NCBI GenBank assembly: GCA_963785235.1
Contig: CAWAUM010000001.1
Span: forward strand, 32,001-96,000
DNA from: an uncultured delta proteobacterium
GTDB lineage: Bacteria; Desulfobacterota; Desulfomonilia; UBA1062
Reading direction: 5' to 3'
Length of the DNA stretch: 64,000 nt
In this document: positions 22,797-33,128 of the stretch, in pieces
Layout: each line of letters starts with the position of its first letter
Position numbering within the stretch: position 1 is the first letter of the stretch
The notes under the pieces: model-generated
The model's input: only the letters and a program-made list of their open reading frames with translations
Databases searched by the model: none
Told to the model about the DNA's origin: nothing
Program-made: the position numbers and the translations under genes

Positions 22797-23522
22797 TTAA
22801 AGAAGAGGCTGGAGTATGGCCCAGATCCTGGTGGCAAGTTTCTGCGAACCCGAATCATTGGGGTGGACACCGTCTATGACGATGTCGGAATTGACGATGA
22901 ACGGCCGCGGGTCGATGAATACGCGGTAATTCGGTGCAGCAGTTGCGTTCTGGACTGCCAGGGCAAGCTTTCCATCCCCGTAAGCTACTGCCTGATTTAA
23001 TTTCGTGCTTCCGATGAGGCCATTCTTCACGTTGTAATACCCCTGGAAAATGATATTGTCCACGCCGTCTCTGCCCATCTGATTCAGGAGATTCACCACG
23101 TCTACGTACACATCATTGATGTAGTTCTTACATGTTGATGAAAGCCCTGATTCCCACCAGTCAACCTTGCAGTTGTAGGGATCAAAAAGGGTTGCAGGGA
23201 TCAGGATGTCATTGCCGGCTGCGTCCATGAAGATGGTCTGGATATTTGAATTATCAGCCTTTGCGTCGTCATACTGGTCGGCTATATGACTTACCATGGA
23301 GCCCGACAGGGCATACCGGCGGAAGGTCTGTCCGGACCAGCTGTGAAGATTATCCTGAATCTTGCCGGACAGGGCGAATATGGAATCCCCCAGATTCACG
23401 ACATCGTTGCGTGTGGCATTCCTTATCACTGGAACGCTGATAAGACTACACCCGGTCACCACTACAAATAATACGAAAATGGCACTACCACGAGTAAACA
23501 TCCCTGATTTAAAACACTTCAT
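22797..23522 (-). CDS. SGNH/GDSL hydrolase lipoprotein
   Basis: LGDSI, AGND, DGVHP; lipobox VTGC. Confidence 0.85.
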   Translation of the reverse strand: MKCFKSGMFTRGSAIFVLFVVVTGCSLISVPVIRNATRNDVVNLGDSIFALSGKIQDNLHSWSGQTFRRYALSGSMVSHIADQYDDAKADNSNIQTIFMDAAGNDILIPATLFDPYNCKVDWWESGLSSTCKNYINDVYVDVVNLLNQMGRDGVDNIIFQGYYNVKNGLIGSTKLNQAVAYGDGKLALAVQNATAAPNYRVFIDPRPFIVNSDIVIDGVHPNDSGSQKLATRIWAILQPLL

Positions 23523-23805
23523 GCATTTCCTCCCTGTTTAGTCAATTTATTGTTGAAAAAAATCAATTCCGCTCTTGGGGCAAAGTGCCACATACGTTAA
23601 TTTTCTGACCTTGAATGAAAAGAAATACCATAACAAATAGGTATAAATCTGGATATATTTACTTTAAGCTAACATAAACATAGCAAATAGCCTATTGTCA
23701 ATGGTTTTGCTCAAAACTGACTTACATTGTTAGTTTTAACGTACAACATTCATCAATATTCCGTACGATTCAATCAAAAAGGAGCTTAATCTCAATGTGT
23801 ACAGA

Positions 23806-24114
23806 TTAATAGCTCAAAAGTGTGGTGATATCGTCATCGTTGGCATGGGTAAACCTGATGGCCATTCCGCGGTCATCGGTGCGTACAACGAGCCCTTGTA
23901 TATAGACTGACTTTCCAATATAGTTTTCACTGTTAAGGCGCATGGTTACATAGGCATCCTTGTCAAGGACCGATTCTGTCAACATGAACATGCCGTTCGT
24001 ACTTATGTCTCCGATGAGGCCACCTGCTACCTTCTTCAATGCATCGCTGTAGGTTATGGTTGCATCTATTTTGGATGGGAAATGTACACGCCTGTCATTT
24101 CTGCGGTTTTTCAT
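23806..24114 (-). CDS. PilZ domain protein
   Basis: RRNDRR and DISTNG c-di-GMP motifs, GMAIRF. Confidence 0.85.
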   Translation of the reverse strand: MKNRRNDRRVHFPSKIDATITYSDALKKVAGGLIGDISTNGMFMLTESVLDKDAYVTMRLNSENYIGKSVYIQGLVVRTDDRGMAIRFTHANDDDITTLLSY

Positions 24115-24306
24115 CGTCTGTCCTCCCTCTTATGTGGTGTCCTCATAGAAACCATGGGATGGAGGTGAGCCTCTCATGGTTAACCTTCGAATACATGATA
24201 ATGCACAATTCAGGTAAAGAATCACGACAGAGAGAAACGCAAAAGTAATGCAATAGATAATGATAGTCCGTATTGAAGGAATGTCAATATGTAATAGAAG
24301 TTGATG

Positions 24307-26310
24307 TTACCCGGTTTGGTTTTTTTGGGCAGGATCGATCTTCGGACCATGCATAACCCTCCACCATGCAATTCCATGGAGTGAATCATGGAGCCTTTTC
24401 AGTTGTGTGATATCTATTTGCGTGACCGGGGGAATAGTGCCTGGAACTAAATGAATTCGAGGGTTTGCATTGATATCGAGGAAGAAGGATGATCCTATTA
24501 CAAGGCCTTTGCCGACACCGACTGGGCAGGAACGCGGTTCCAGCAGATCCTTACCGAGGGTATGATAGGTAAACCCCACAGGGGCAGCGAGTTCAACGAG
24601 GGTTGGGGTGAGATCAAGGTGACTGCCCACCATCTTTGATGGAGGATGAATGCCTTTAAGGACATCAGGACCGTAGAAGACGCACGGTATGGAAGTTTTC
24701 TCAAAGATATCCGGTTTCTTGCTTATTGTTCTCCTTGCTTCATGATCTGCAGTGATCACAACCAAGGCATCCGGAAGCCTTGCAGTGATCTGCCGGGCGA
24801 AGTCGGCAATACACTTGTCTGCGTACCAGAGGTGACCCCATATGGCGAAGTCGATATCATCAAGGCAAAACTCCCTGAGCTCGGGAGGGATCGCATTCAG
24901 GGTGAACCCCTTGGCCCTTACACCAACCGTAAACGGGGGGTGAAAGCTCGTGGTAAGGATGAGATTGAAGCTGGGCTGGTCATCATTGATGGTTTTTTTG
25001 ACGAAATCGAAGAGGTGCTCATCGTCAACACCCCATTCATTCGATGATGCCCAGTCCCCCATATGACCACCGCCATAGATTTCTTGGAAACCCTGGTCTT
25101 TACAGAAGTCACCCACCCGCTGCCAACTTAAAAATCCGCCATAGAAGAACCTGGTGCGGTAGTCCATGTCTTTAAATATCCGGGCGATGCTTGTGGGATA
25201 GGGAGATCGCGCAGTGGGCCGGTAGTTTGTAGTGATGCCGGCATCAGGGAGGTTTGTGACAATGGTGTTCAAGGTGCCCATGGTTCCCTGAGAACCCGAG
25301 ATGAAGGGGTCTATCATGAAGCCTTCTCGGGCAAGCCCTTTCAATCCATCCGTCAAATGGAGCGATGAATACTTATCCCACAGAGGCCATGCGCTGTAAC
25401 TTTCCGCCACGATGTAAAAGATGTGGCGGGGCGGTGTGCCCTTTGGTCCTTTGGCCTGCGTGCGCATGTACCTGTCGAGGTCGTCATGGAGCTCTTTATT
25501 TGAGAATACAAACTGTGCAGCCCTTGCTATCCCCTTGTCAGGCAGAAATATTTTGATGCCGTCTGTGCCGGAAAGCTTTAATTGATGGGCGATGGCATAG
25601 GCCAGGGCCTTATACGGATTCATTGCGGTCTTATTCAGAAACTTGTCTTTTGTGATGGCTGCGTGCCTCTCGCGCAAGGGCGGGCCGAGGCCCAGTGTAC
25701 CTCGGGCGCCAATGATGAGCAAGTAGATGATTACAAAAGTTGCACCAATTTGTGAAGGCAGGGAAGAGAATAACTGTTCTGTTAGAGCCTGCGAGAGTAT
25801 AGGGCTGCTGATAAACACCTTTGTCAGGTACCAGCCGAGGATCGCAATTACTGTTATGCCTATGGCATGCTCTATGACATGGTATGCCTTGATGATGGTA
25901 AGGATTGAGGCCTTGAGATCGTCATAGATGAGATTAAAGATGAAGTGATTGAACTGATCATCAAATTCCCTGAAATATGAGATGGTAATGACACAGATAA
26001 TAGAGGAGATGACCATGAACACAATGCCCGTAATCATCCTCGCCTCTGTTGCCCAGGCAGCACTGTTGATAAAGCCGCTTAATATGCTGAAGCCAAAAGG
26101 GATCAGTATCCACAAGGTAGCGACTACGCCGTCATAACGTGCGCCATTAACCAGGGTTGCCAGCAGGGTGGAAACGGAGCTCGTTTTTTCCATATGGCTT
26201 CTGAATGTCAGGATAAACGCAATCCGAAAGACAAGGAAGAACGCCATGAAGCAGAGCCACAGCTTGAAATCCAGCTGAAACTGCATGAAAAACTGGTGCC
26301 AGTTTTTCAT
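24307..26310 (-). CDS. LTA synthase-family sulfatase-like membrane protein
   Basis: About 5 N-terminal TM helices, IVAES, TSFHPPF, YAD, TADH, SHLDL.PT. Confidence 0.82.
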   Translation of the reverse strand: MKNWHQFFMQFQLDFKLWLCFMAFFLVFRIAFILTFRSHMEKTSSVSTLLATLVNGARYDGVVATLWILIPFGFSILSGFINSAAWATEARMITGIVFMVISSIICVITISYFREFDDQFNHFIFNLIYDDLKASILTIIKAYHVIEHAIGITVIAILGWYLTKVFISSPILSQALTEQLFSSLPSQIGATFVIIYLLIIGARGTLGLGPPLRERHAAITKDKFLNKTAMNPYKALAYAIAHQLKLSGTDGIKIFLPDKGIARAAQFVFSNKELHDDLDRYMRTQAKGPKGTPPRHIFYIVAESYSAWPLWDKYSSLHLTDGLKGLAREGFMIDPFISGSQGTMGTLNTIVTNLPDAGITTNYRPTARSPYPTSIARIFKDMDYRTRFFYGGFLSWQRVGDFCKDQGFQEIYGGGHMGDWASSNEWGVDDEHLFDFVKKTINDDQPSFNLILTTSFHPPFTVGVRAKGFTLNAIPPELREFCLDDIDFAIWGHLWYADKCIADFARQITARLPDALVVITADHEARRTISKKPDIFEKTSIPCVFYGPDVLKGIHPPSKMVGSHLDLTPTLVELAAPVGFTYHTLGKDLLEPRSCPVGVGKGLVIGSSFFLDINANPRIHLVPGTIPPVTQIDITQLKRLHDSLHGIAWWRVMHGPKIDPAQKNQTG

Positions 26311-26313
26311 GCC

Positions 26314-26631
26314 CTATTTACATATGGGTTGTGATCCGGCTTTCAGGCCTGCGAGAAAGTCGACGACCTGGGGGATGCTGTCCTTTTCGAGCGCCGCACC
26401 CTTTCCCGCCATCCTGTTCACGGTCTGGGTCCAGGCATCCTTGTCCTTTTTGCCCAGGGCATCGCATATCTTCTGTGAGCCATGGCAGGCAGTGCAAGCC
26501 GTCATGACCATACTACCGGGCTCGCCTTTTGGTTGTGACGAAGCGTTTGTGCATGAGGAAAATCCACACAGTGAAATATAAATAAAGAACACAAACACCG
26601 CTACAAAGGCCACTCCAAGTCCTTTTTTCAT
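26314..26631 (-). CDS. Small exported monoheme cytochrome c
   Basis: Signal/lipobox, CTACH, W..TV.RM distal Met motif. Confidence 0.75.
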   Translation of the reverse strand: MKKGLGVAFVAVFVFFIYISLCGFSSCTNASSQPKGEPGSMVMTACTACHGSQKICDALGKKDKDAWTQTVNRMAGKGAALEKDSIPQVVDFLAGLKAGSQPICK

Positions 26632-26743
26632 AAGAAGCTCCTCCCAATCTGCAGATAATTATTTTAATGTGTCCGATATTCGAAATGTAATCCCTTCAAA
26701 AGTATTTACTAACATCGTGCCTGTAGATGTCAATGCTTTGGGG

Positions 26744-28376
26744 CTAAGGCTTAAGCTTTACGGTAAAGCAGGTGATAAACCGCGGATCGAGCTGGTCTAA
26801 ATCTTTCAGGCCGCCGATCTCCTCTTCCAGCCTTATGGCAAGTGAGGATGCAAGATCTGCAACAACAGCCTGATCCAAGGTGTCCATTGAGGCCCAGGAG
26901 GTATGTCTCCATGTCTTTGGTGAAGGATGGCACCAGGGTATGGATGGAGCCCTTGTGACGGGTCGTAAGGGTGAGGAAGCTCAGAAGCTCTGAAATGATC
27001 AGAGGGCGGAATCGGGGGTGCTTCGTGGTGGCATTGACTGCCAGAGAGGTAAGGATGATGGTTTCCATGTCGAGGTTTGCCCCGGTATTGGTCCCGGCCA
27101 GGTTCGGGATCTGGTCTTCCCATTCCAAGGCAGGCATGATACGGGCCATGGTTTCGATCTTATCAACGAAGCGTGTTATCTCTTCCAGGTCCTCCATGCA
27201 AGAATACTCCTTGTTCTTAAACAGAGGTCTTTTTTTCAGGAGTCCTTCGGCATATTCCCTGAGCCTTTCCGGGATCATGGACACTTCGATATCATTGAGG
27301 AGGAGCCTGAGCCTGTGCTGTTGCTCATAGATCATGTTATACCCGAGTGAGAACAGGGTCTCGGCATTGATATCACGTAAGACGTTCTCCGCACTGACGC
27401 CTTTTTCTTTCATGGCAATGCTTAACCCTAAAGAGGCAAGAGAACTTGCCTTCTCCATGCTGTGCTTGATCTCTTCACTGCTATTGAGCGGCCTGAAATC
27501 AGCCATAATGATCTTATTGGCCAGATAGATCATCTCATAGAGAAACCGCTGCCTTGTCTCGGAAGAGGTCTTTTCAAGTTCTGTTACGAGCAGGCCCCTT
27601 TCCCGGGAGAACTGTTCCAGGTATACAGTGGGGAGCATGTTCAGATTCTTGTTAATAATCGGAGTCTTTTCCTTTATGATGCCTTGGTTAAGGAGCCTTT
27701 GCGGCCTTATGCGCTGATAAATACTGATGGCCTCGTCCGGCTGGGGGAAGCCCATCTCCATAAGGCGCAAAGACCTGCGCTCAAAGGTAGTCTCTTCCAT
27801 CCCTGTCTTCAGTTCGTTCATGACGCCTTCAAGGATTATGTAATAGAGCTCCCGGTAACTGGTAAAGAGGATGCTCAGCATTTCCTTGATGAAGTGGGTG
27901 TGGTCATCATCCAAGATGATACGGTAATAGTACATATTATCGATGCTCTCGAAGCCTTCATCGATAAGATCAGGGATCTGTTCGTCAGCAGGCCTTACGT
28001 GCACCACCTCGATATACGTCTGAAACAGGAGCACAAGTATCTCCAGGTCCATGGTTTCCAGCGCCTGCATAAAAGACTCGAAAGAGGCATTATGGATCTC
28101 AACAAGCCATTCCATGCCTGCTTCCACGGAGAAATTCTCCCCATCCCAACAGTCAAGGTCTATGAAGTGGCACACCGCCTCGGGAGGCACATACTGGAGC
28201 AGGATCTGGCTATCCGAGCCCCAGGCTTCCTTGATGATGAGATAGGTCTCCTGAGGAGGCAGTTGTTCGAGGATCTCTTTGGTATACGGCGAGTCTATTA
28301 TTCCCCGGCCGCGCTCCGAAGGCGGGCATGCAAGCACCTTTGATATCTCGGCTGTCAGGGAGAGCTGTTTTGTCAT
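26744..28376 (-). CDS. Conserved deltaproteobacterial protein (DUF6178-like); frameshift near 26870
   Basis: DLDCW, R..RL.EMGFP..DEA motifs; C-terminus DPRFI in the shifted frame. Confidence 0.65.
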
Positions 28377-28442
28377 GGGGGAGTGGTTAGCACACTTGAA
28401 TGATCACTATCAAGGCCGGGCTCTGTATAGCAAAGAAAAAGA

Positions 28443-28468
28443 AAACCCCCGGCATATCCCGGGGGTTT
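28443..28468. terminator. Terminator hairpin downstream of the TolC-family gene
   Basis: AAACCCCCGG-N6-CCGGGGGTTT with A/T tails. Confidence 0.7.
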
Positions 28469-28497
28469 ATGAGCATAGTATTTGGAGGAGAATTTGC

Positions 28498-29799
28498 CTA
28501 CAAGGTGCCCATGGATGCCTTTAATGCTGCTATGGCCCGTGCATGATCGGCTCGGGCAGTCAGATAGGTGTTCTTCGCCTGCACGAGCATGGTCTGGGCG
28601 TCCAGCACGTCGGTGGTGGTCGCTACCTGGAGGTTGTACCGGTCTTTCTGTATCCTGGCTAATTCTTCAGCCTGGGCTATGGCCTTCTCCGCCACCTGCA
28701 AGCGGGCCGCTGCCTCCTGGATATTGAGGTATGAATTCTTTACCTCCAAGGTTACCAGGTTTTTCTGGCTTTCCAGCAGATACCCTGCCTTGGAGTTCAT
28801 GTATTGTGCCTTGTTGTAGTTCCAGTAGCTTGCACCCCCTGAAAAGAGATTCCAGGTAAGGCCTATGCCTGCCCTCCATGAGTTATAATCGTCTGTATCC
28901 GGATTCTCGCCGGTCCTTTCGTAGCCATAGGTGGCGGCCACACTCGGCATGAAGGCTGACCTTGCCAGGTTTATCCCTTTGGAGGAATTTTCCACCTGGA
29001 GCTTTGCAGTCTTGATTTCCTGCCTGTCTTCCATGGCAGAGGCAAGGGATTGGTCAAAGGTCAGGTCAATGGTTGTGATGGGTATTTCAGAGTCAATGTT
29101 TACCTCCTCCATAAGGTCTCTCTGTAAGAGGATGTTCAGGTTTGCCTCGGCAATCTTGACCGCATTCTCAGTGGTAATAAGAAGCTCCTCGCTTCGTGCA
29201 AATGTCACCTGGGCTTCCAGCAGATCGTTTTTCGGGATCATTCCCTGATTGAAAAAGGCATTGGCCACATCAAGGTGGCTCTTGACAGAAACCAAGTTGC
29301 TCTTGGCCAACTCCCGTTGCTGCCTGGCCTTGATCACGCCGTAGTAGGTATCAATGACCGTGAGCTTGAGGTTGCGGATGAATTTCTGCCTGTCCTGCTC
29401 GGATGCAAGGTAATCGTTCTTGGCGATGAGGTAGTTGTTGTAAAGGGCCCCGCCGGCAAAGAGGACCTGTTTCGCTTCAATGTCGAATTTATAGTTATCT
29501 TTATTACTTAAGGGAACGGTTATGGGCTGCATGGGCAGTGGCAACGGCAAGGTCATGGACTGAGCCTTGTCTATCCGCTGGTACCCATATGACATGTCAG
29601 CCGTAGGGAGCATCTGGGCAAACTGGGACCTCTTGTCCATATCCTTCCCGAGTACGTCCTGATCCTGGGCCTTAACGCCGGGGTTACGCTCGATGGCCAT
29701 GTTGATTGAGTTTTCGAGCGTCATGTAATCGGATGCATGTGCGCTGAATACCCCCAAGAAGAAAAAGCCGATCATGATTATAAAAATAATTTTCCTCAC
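28498..29799 (-). CDS. TolC-family outer membrane efflux protein
   Basis: Signal peptide, two OEP repeats (P..D...Y; LF.GG; DLLEAQ/DVLDAQ). Confidence 0.88.
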   Translation of the reverse strand: MRKIIFIIMIGFFFLGVFSAHASDYMTLENSINMAIERNPGVKAQDQDVLGKDMDKRSQFAQMLPTADMSYGYQRIDKAQSMTLPLPLPMQPITVPLSNKDNYKFDIEAKQVLFAGGALYNNYLIAKNDYLASEQDRQKFIRNLKLTVIDTYYGVIKARQQRELAKSNLVSVKSHLDVANAFFNQGMIPKNDLLEAQVTFARSEELLITTENAVKIAEANLNILLQRDLMEEVNIDSEIPITTIDLTFDQSLASAMEDRQEIKTAKLQVENSSKGINLARSAFMPSVAATYGYERTGENPDTDDYNSWRAGIGLTWNLFSGGASYWNYNKAQYMNSKAGYLLESQKNLVTLEVKNSYLNIQEAAARLQVAEKAIAQAEELARIQKDRYNLQVATTTDVLDAQTMLVQAKNTYLTARADHARAIAALKASMGTL

Positions 29800-30392
29800 T
29801 GTGGTAACCTCCGTAGGAATTCCTCCATAATTCCGGCCGTGAACTCTGCCGGTGCCTTTTCCAGAATACCAAGAAAATAGGTTTGAGCAATGGTGTGGAT
29901 GATGCCGAGGAGCATGATGGATTTCAGCTCCGGGTCACAACGTTCACCCTCGCTGTTTGCCTCCATGAAGATCTCTCGGGTAAGGCGAACGTTTTCCTTG
30001 TGTACATCCCTGATGTGCTCGAAGATATGCGGTGTGATCTCAGGGATGGGCGTAAAGTATATCTCATAGATCAGTCGGTGGAAGCCGGGATTATTCTCGA
30101 TCCAGCCGATGTTGAAGTCGACATAGATCCGAAGCTTCTCCTGCCACGACGTTTTCTTTGCCAGGAGATTCTTGAGCGAGCTCATGACGTCATCCAGGCC
30201 CTGCCTGATCACCTCGGCAAAGAGGAGCTGTTTGCTGGGGAAGAACTGGTAGAGTGTCCCGACTCCGAATTCGGCCTTTGCAGCAATCTGGGCCATGGTA
30301 GTATTGAAGAAGCCTTCCTTTTCAAAGACCTCGCGTGCTGAATCGAGGATGGCGTCTTTTCTTAATGCCATCTCCCGTTCTTTTCTTGTCAT
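29796..30392 (-). CDS. TetR/AcrR family regulator
   Basis: ILDSAREVF...TTMAQIA..A..GVGTLYQFFPSK. Confidence 0.92.
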   Translation of the reverse strand: MTRKEREMALRKDAILDSAREVFEKEGFFNTTMAQIAAKAEFGVGTLYQFFPSKQLLFAEVIRQGLDDVMSSLKNLLAKKTSWQEKLRIYVDFNIGWIENNPGFHRLIYEIYFTPIPEITPHIFEHIRDVHKENVRLTREIFMEANSEGERCDPELKSIMLLGIIHTIAQTYFLGILEKAPAEFTAGIMEEFLRRLPQ

Positions 30393-30476
30393 GGACCGGG
30401 AATCGCCGTTCAGATTCTGAATCACTATTCGAAAATAGAAGAATCATTGAATCTAGTCAAGCTTCTTTCTTTTATT

Positions 30477-31761
30477 CTATTCCAGGGAATGGAAGACCAG
30501 TCCTGCCGGGGCCTTGGGATAAAAATAGGTTGAATTGTGCGGCATCCTCAGGCCTGCCTCTGCGACCTCCAAAACATCTTCCATGGTGGGTGGGTTGAGG
30601 AGAAAGGCAATATCGGCCTATTCCTTGGTCACCATGTCAATAGCCTCATCGGCCTTGTTCGTGAACATGATGCGCTTGTTCTCCAGGTTTGTGCCGATGC
30701 CTAAAATGGGGTCGATTATGCACTCATGGAGGATGGTCACATCATGATTCTTCAGAAGCGGATGGGTGCCTGCCGGCAGATATTTTTCCAACTCGGTATC
30801 ACGGGCAAGCTGCAGAAGGTAAAATCTGGGTATGCCTTTTACATACAGGCCGATGCTCCCTTTTCCGCTCTTATTCAAGGCCGTGATAAACGCCTTGCGG
30901 TTGTCAAAGGGCACCATGTTGAAGATATCCTTGATCCGGTATTCCAGGTCCACGAGACCGACACCCATACTGTCCATGATGATGCGGTGAACAGGCAGTA
31001 TCCTGATGCCGTCATCCATATTGGTGAGATACATCTGGATATAGTCGTAATTTTGATTTCCGTCATGCTTGCCGGATGCAGCCCTCATACGGTCGCGATA
31101 GATCTTGGCGGTCTCGTAGCGGTGCTGGCCGTCTGCGATAAGGACCTTTTTGCTCTGCATCATTTTTACGATTTTCTCTATTAGTGCTGCATCATCAACA
31201 ATCCAGAGCCTGTTGGTCTCTTCTTTGGTGGAGAAATCGATGTCAGGAGATCCGAGTTTGGCCTTGATCTGAGTTTCAACGGTCTTCTTGGAGTCGGAAT
31301 AGACGCCGAGGATTGAACTGAAATTCGTTCTCACCTCACTCATCAGGCGAAGCCGGTCGAGCTTGGGGCTTTTTATGGTATGCTCGTGAGGCCGGATATT
31401 CTTCTTGTCGTCATCGTCAAGGCGTACCGATGCAATAAAGCCCTTTCTCGTAGAGGTCTTGTCCCCGATAGGTGTAGGTCTGCTCGTGGTAGTACAGTGC
31501 AGGTTTGCTATCCTGGATGAGGACACCGCCCTTTAGCCACTGCTTGAACAAATCCCGTGCCCTGGTATAGCGGTTGTTGTCCTTGTTGTCCTTGGGGAAC
31601 TGCTTGCCGAGTACGAGCCTTATGGCGTTATAAGGGCTCTTGTTATAAAGATCATCTACTTGCGGGGGCGCTATGATGTCATAGGGGGGGCATACCGCAC
31701 TTGCCAGATCAACCTGATCAGCGTTGTATCTGATTCCCCGAAAGGAACGTATCTTTGGCAT
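30477..31761 (-). CDS. DUF1015 family protein (frameshift near 31470; in-frame TAG at 30618-30620)
   Basis: PPYDII, PHEHT, IADGQHRYETA, and after the TAG ADIAFLLNP..MP..STYFYPK. Confidence 0.85.
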
Positions 31762-31850
31762 TCACGGCTCCTCTATTGTCCTGGAAGTGAATAAGAGACA
31801 CAAACAGGGGTATATATATGGGGCCGGTAAAAATATCAATACCCTTTTCA

Positions 31851-32045
31851 TTAAACCCGGAGTTTGCATTGAATGTGCCCGTTAATACTCTATGCGCTTC
31901 AGGATAGCCGTAAGTATGAACTCATAAGGACCATGCTGTTGCTTTTAAAATAGGTCTGTTAAAAACTTAATCTCGCAGCCATAGGTCCGAGATAATCAGC
32001 GCTTCGCAAAGGCTGCGAGATTAAGTTTTTAACGGATCAAGGTTT
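31851..32045 (-). repeat. Long-hairpin MITE-like repeat, copy A
   Basis: Perfect 23-bp IR 31958-31980/32011-32033 with a 30-nt spacer; right arm of the element ends in TTCAATGCAAACTCCGGGTTTAA (minus strand). Confidence 0.85.
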
Positions 32046-32149
32046 AGGCATCTCAAATACAAAGACTGTAATATTCATACTGATTCCAAATTATGTTCAT
32101 GTGACTATTGAGATTGATTTCACTATTTATGAGGGAGTATAGGAATTCC

Positions 32150-32446
32150 ATGCAGTATTTAAGAATCGTATTTGCCATCCTCATGTTGTTTGTGGTGATC
32201 ACTTTTTGTGTAAACAACATACAGGCCTTTACCCTTTCTTTTCTGGGCTACCGGTTCATGGTGCCTCTCCAGCTCTGGACACTCATGGTGGTCTTCTTTG
32301 TGGCCGGAATGGTTCCCATTATCGCAATAGAGCTTCCCCGGCATGCATCCCATTATCTCAGGATGCGGGCCATTAAGAGCCAGATCCGGCAGGAGGAGGA
32401 AGCACTGCGCCAACTTGGCGGCTCACCGGGAGAACCGGCGAAATAG
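32150..32446 (+). CDS. LapA/DUF1049-like small membrane protein
   Basis: F...N motif, two TM helices, C-terminal coiled coil. Confidence 0.65.
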   Translation: MQYLRIVFAILMLFVVITFCVNNIQAFTLSFLGYRFMVPLQLWTLMVVFFVAGMVPIIAIELPRHASHYLRMRAIKSQIRQEEEALRQLGGSPGEPAK

Positions 32447-33062
32447 GTTTCTTAAGAAAGGCACGATCTTTGATGGAAACCACAGGCGGCTCAGGGCGTT
32501 TCCCTTGGCATGCTGCCTGTTCTCTTCAGCAGACAGGAGTACAGGATTAAGCTTGGCCTTCACCTTCAGGTATCCCATCCAGTCTATCCTGCATAGCATC
32601 CTCCACAACGGCCCTTTAAAGGGTGTGTAGAAGCTTGCGGCAAAGTCCACAAGATAGGGCATGCCCGTCATCGTCAATGCCGTAGTTCCTGCGGTTGCGC
32701 ATGTCCAGGTGTACAACACCCTGCAGATGGACTGCCTTGATGAGTTCCTCCAGGTTGTTGAAATAGGCCTCGTCAGGTTTGCTTCCCCGCGCCCTCAGGT
32801 CATGCCCCCCCATGAAGGTGGTTGTGATGGTATAGGCATCCGGGCTCTGTATGACGTCAGGGATGCCGGTGACGCCTTTTATTTTTGAATAGATATATGT
32901 CTCCCAGCGCACCAGGAGCGAACCGGACTTTTTAACCAGCCAAGGCTTGTTCCGATACGTCTTTTCCACAAGGGGCGCCCCGTCCTGGTAGATCAGGTGT
33001 ACATCAGGACCGTAGAGTCGTTTCCTTTTGAGCGATGTCTCCATGGTTTTCGTCTTCTGCAT
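32423..33062 (-). CDS. RIO1/Kdo-kinase-like protein kinase fold (frameshift near 32665)
   Basis: VEK, GVVHLDMRNRRN, YLVDF. Confidence 0.7.
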
Positions 33063-33128
33063 GTTATTTAAAGCTTGTCTACGCTCTATCATTGCATGCC
33101 AGGATGCGCAATGGTAGGATTTTACCCT

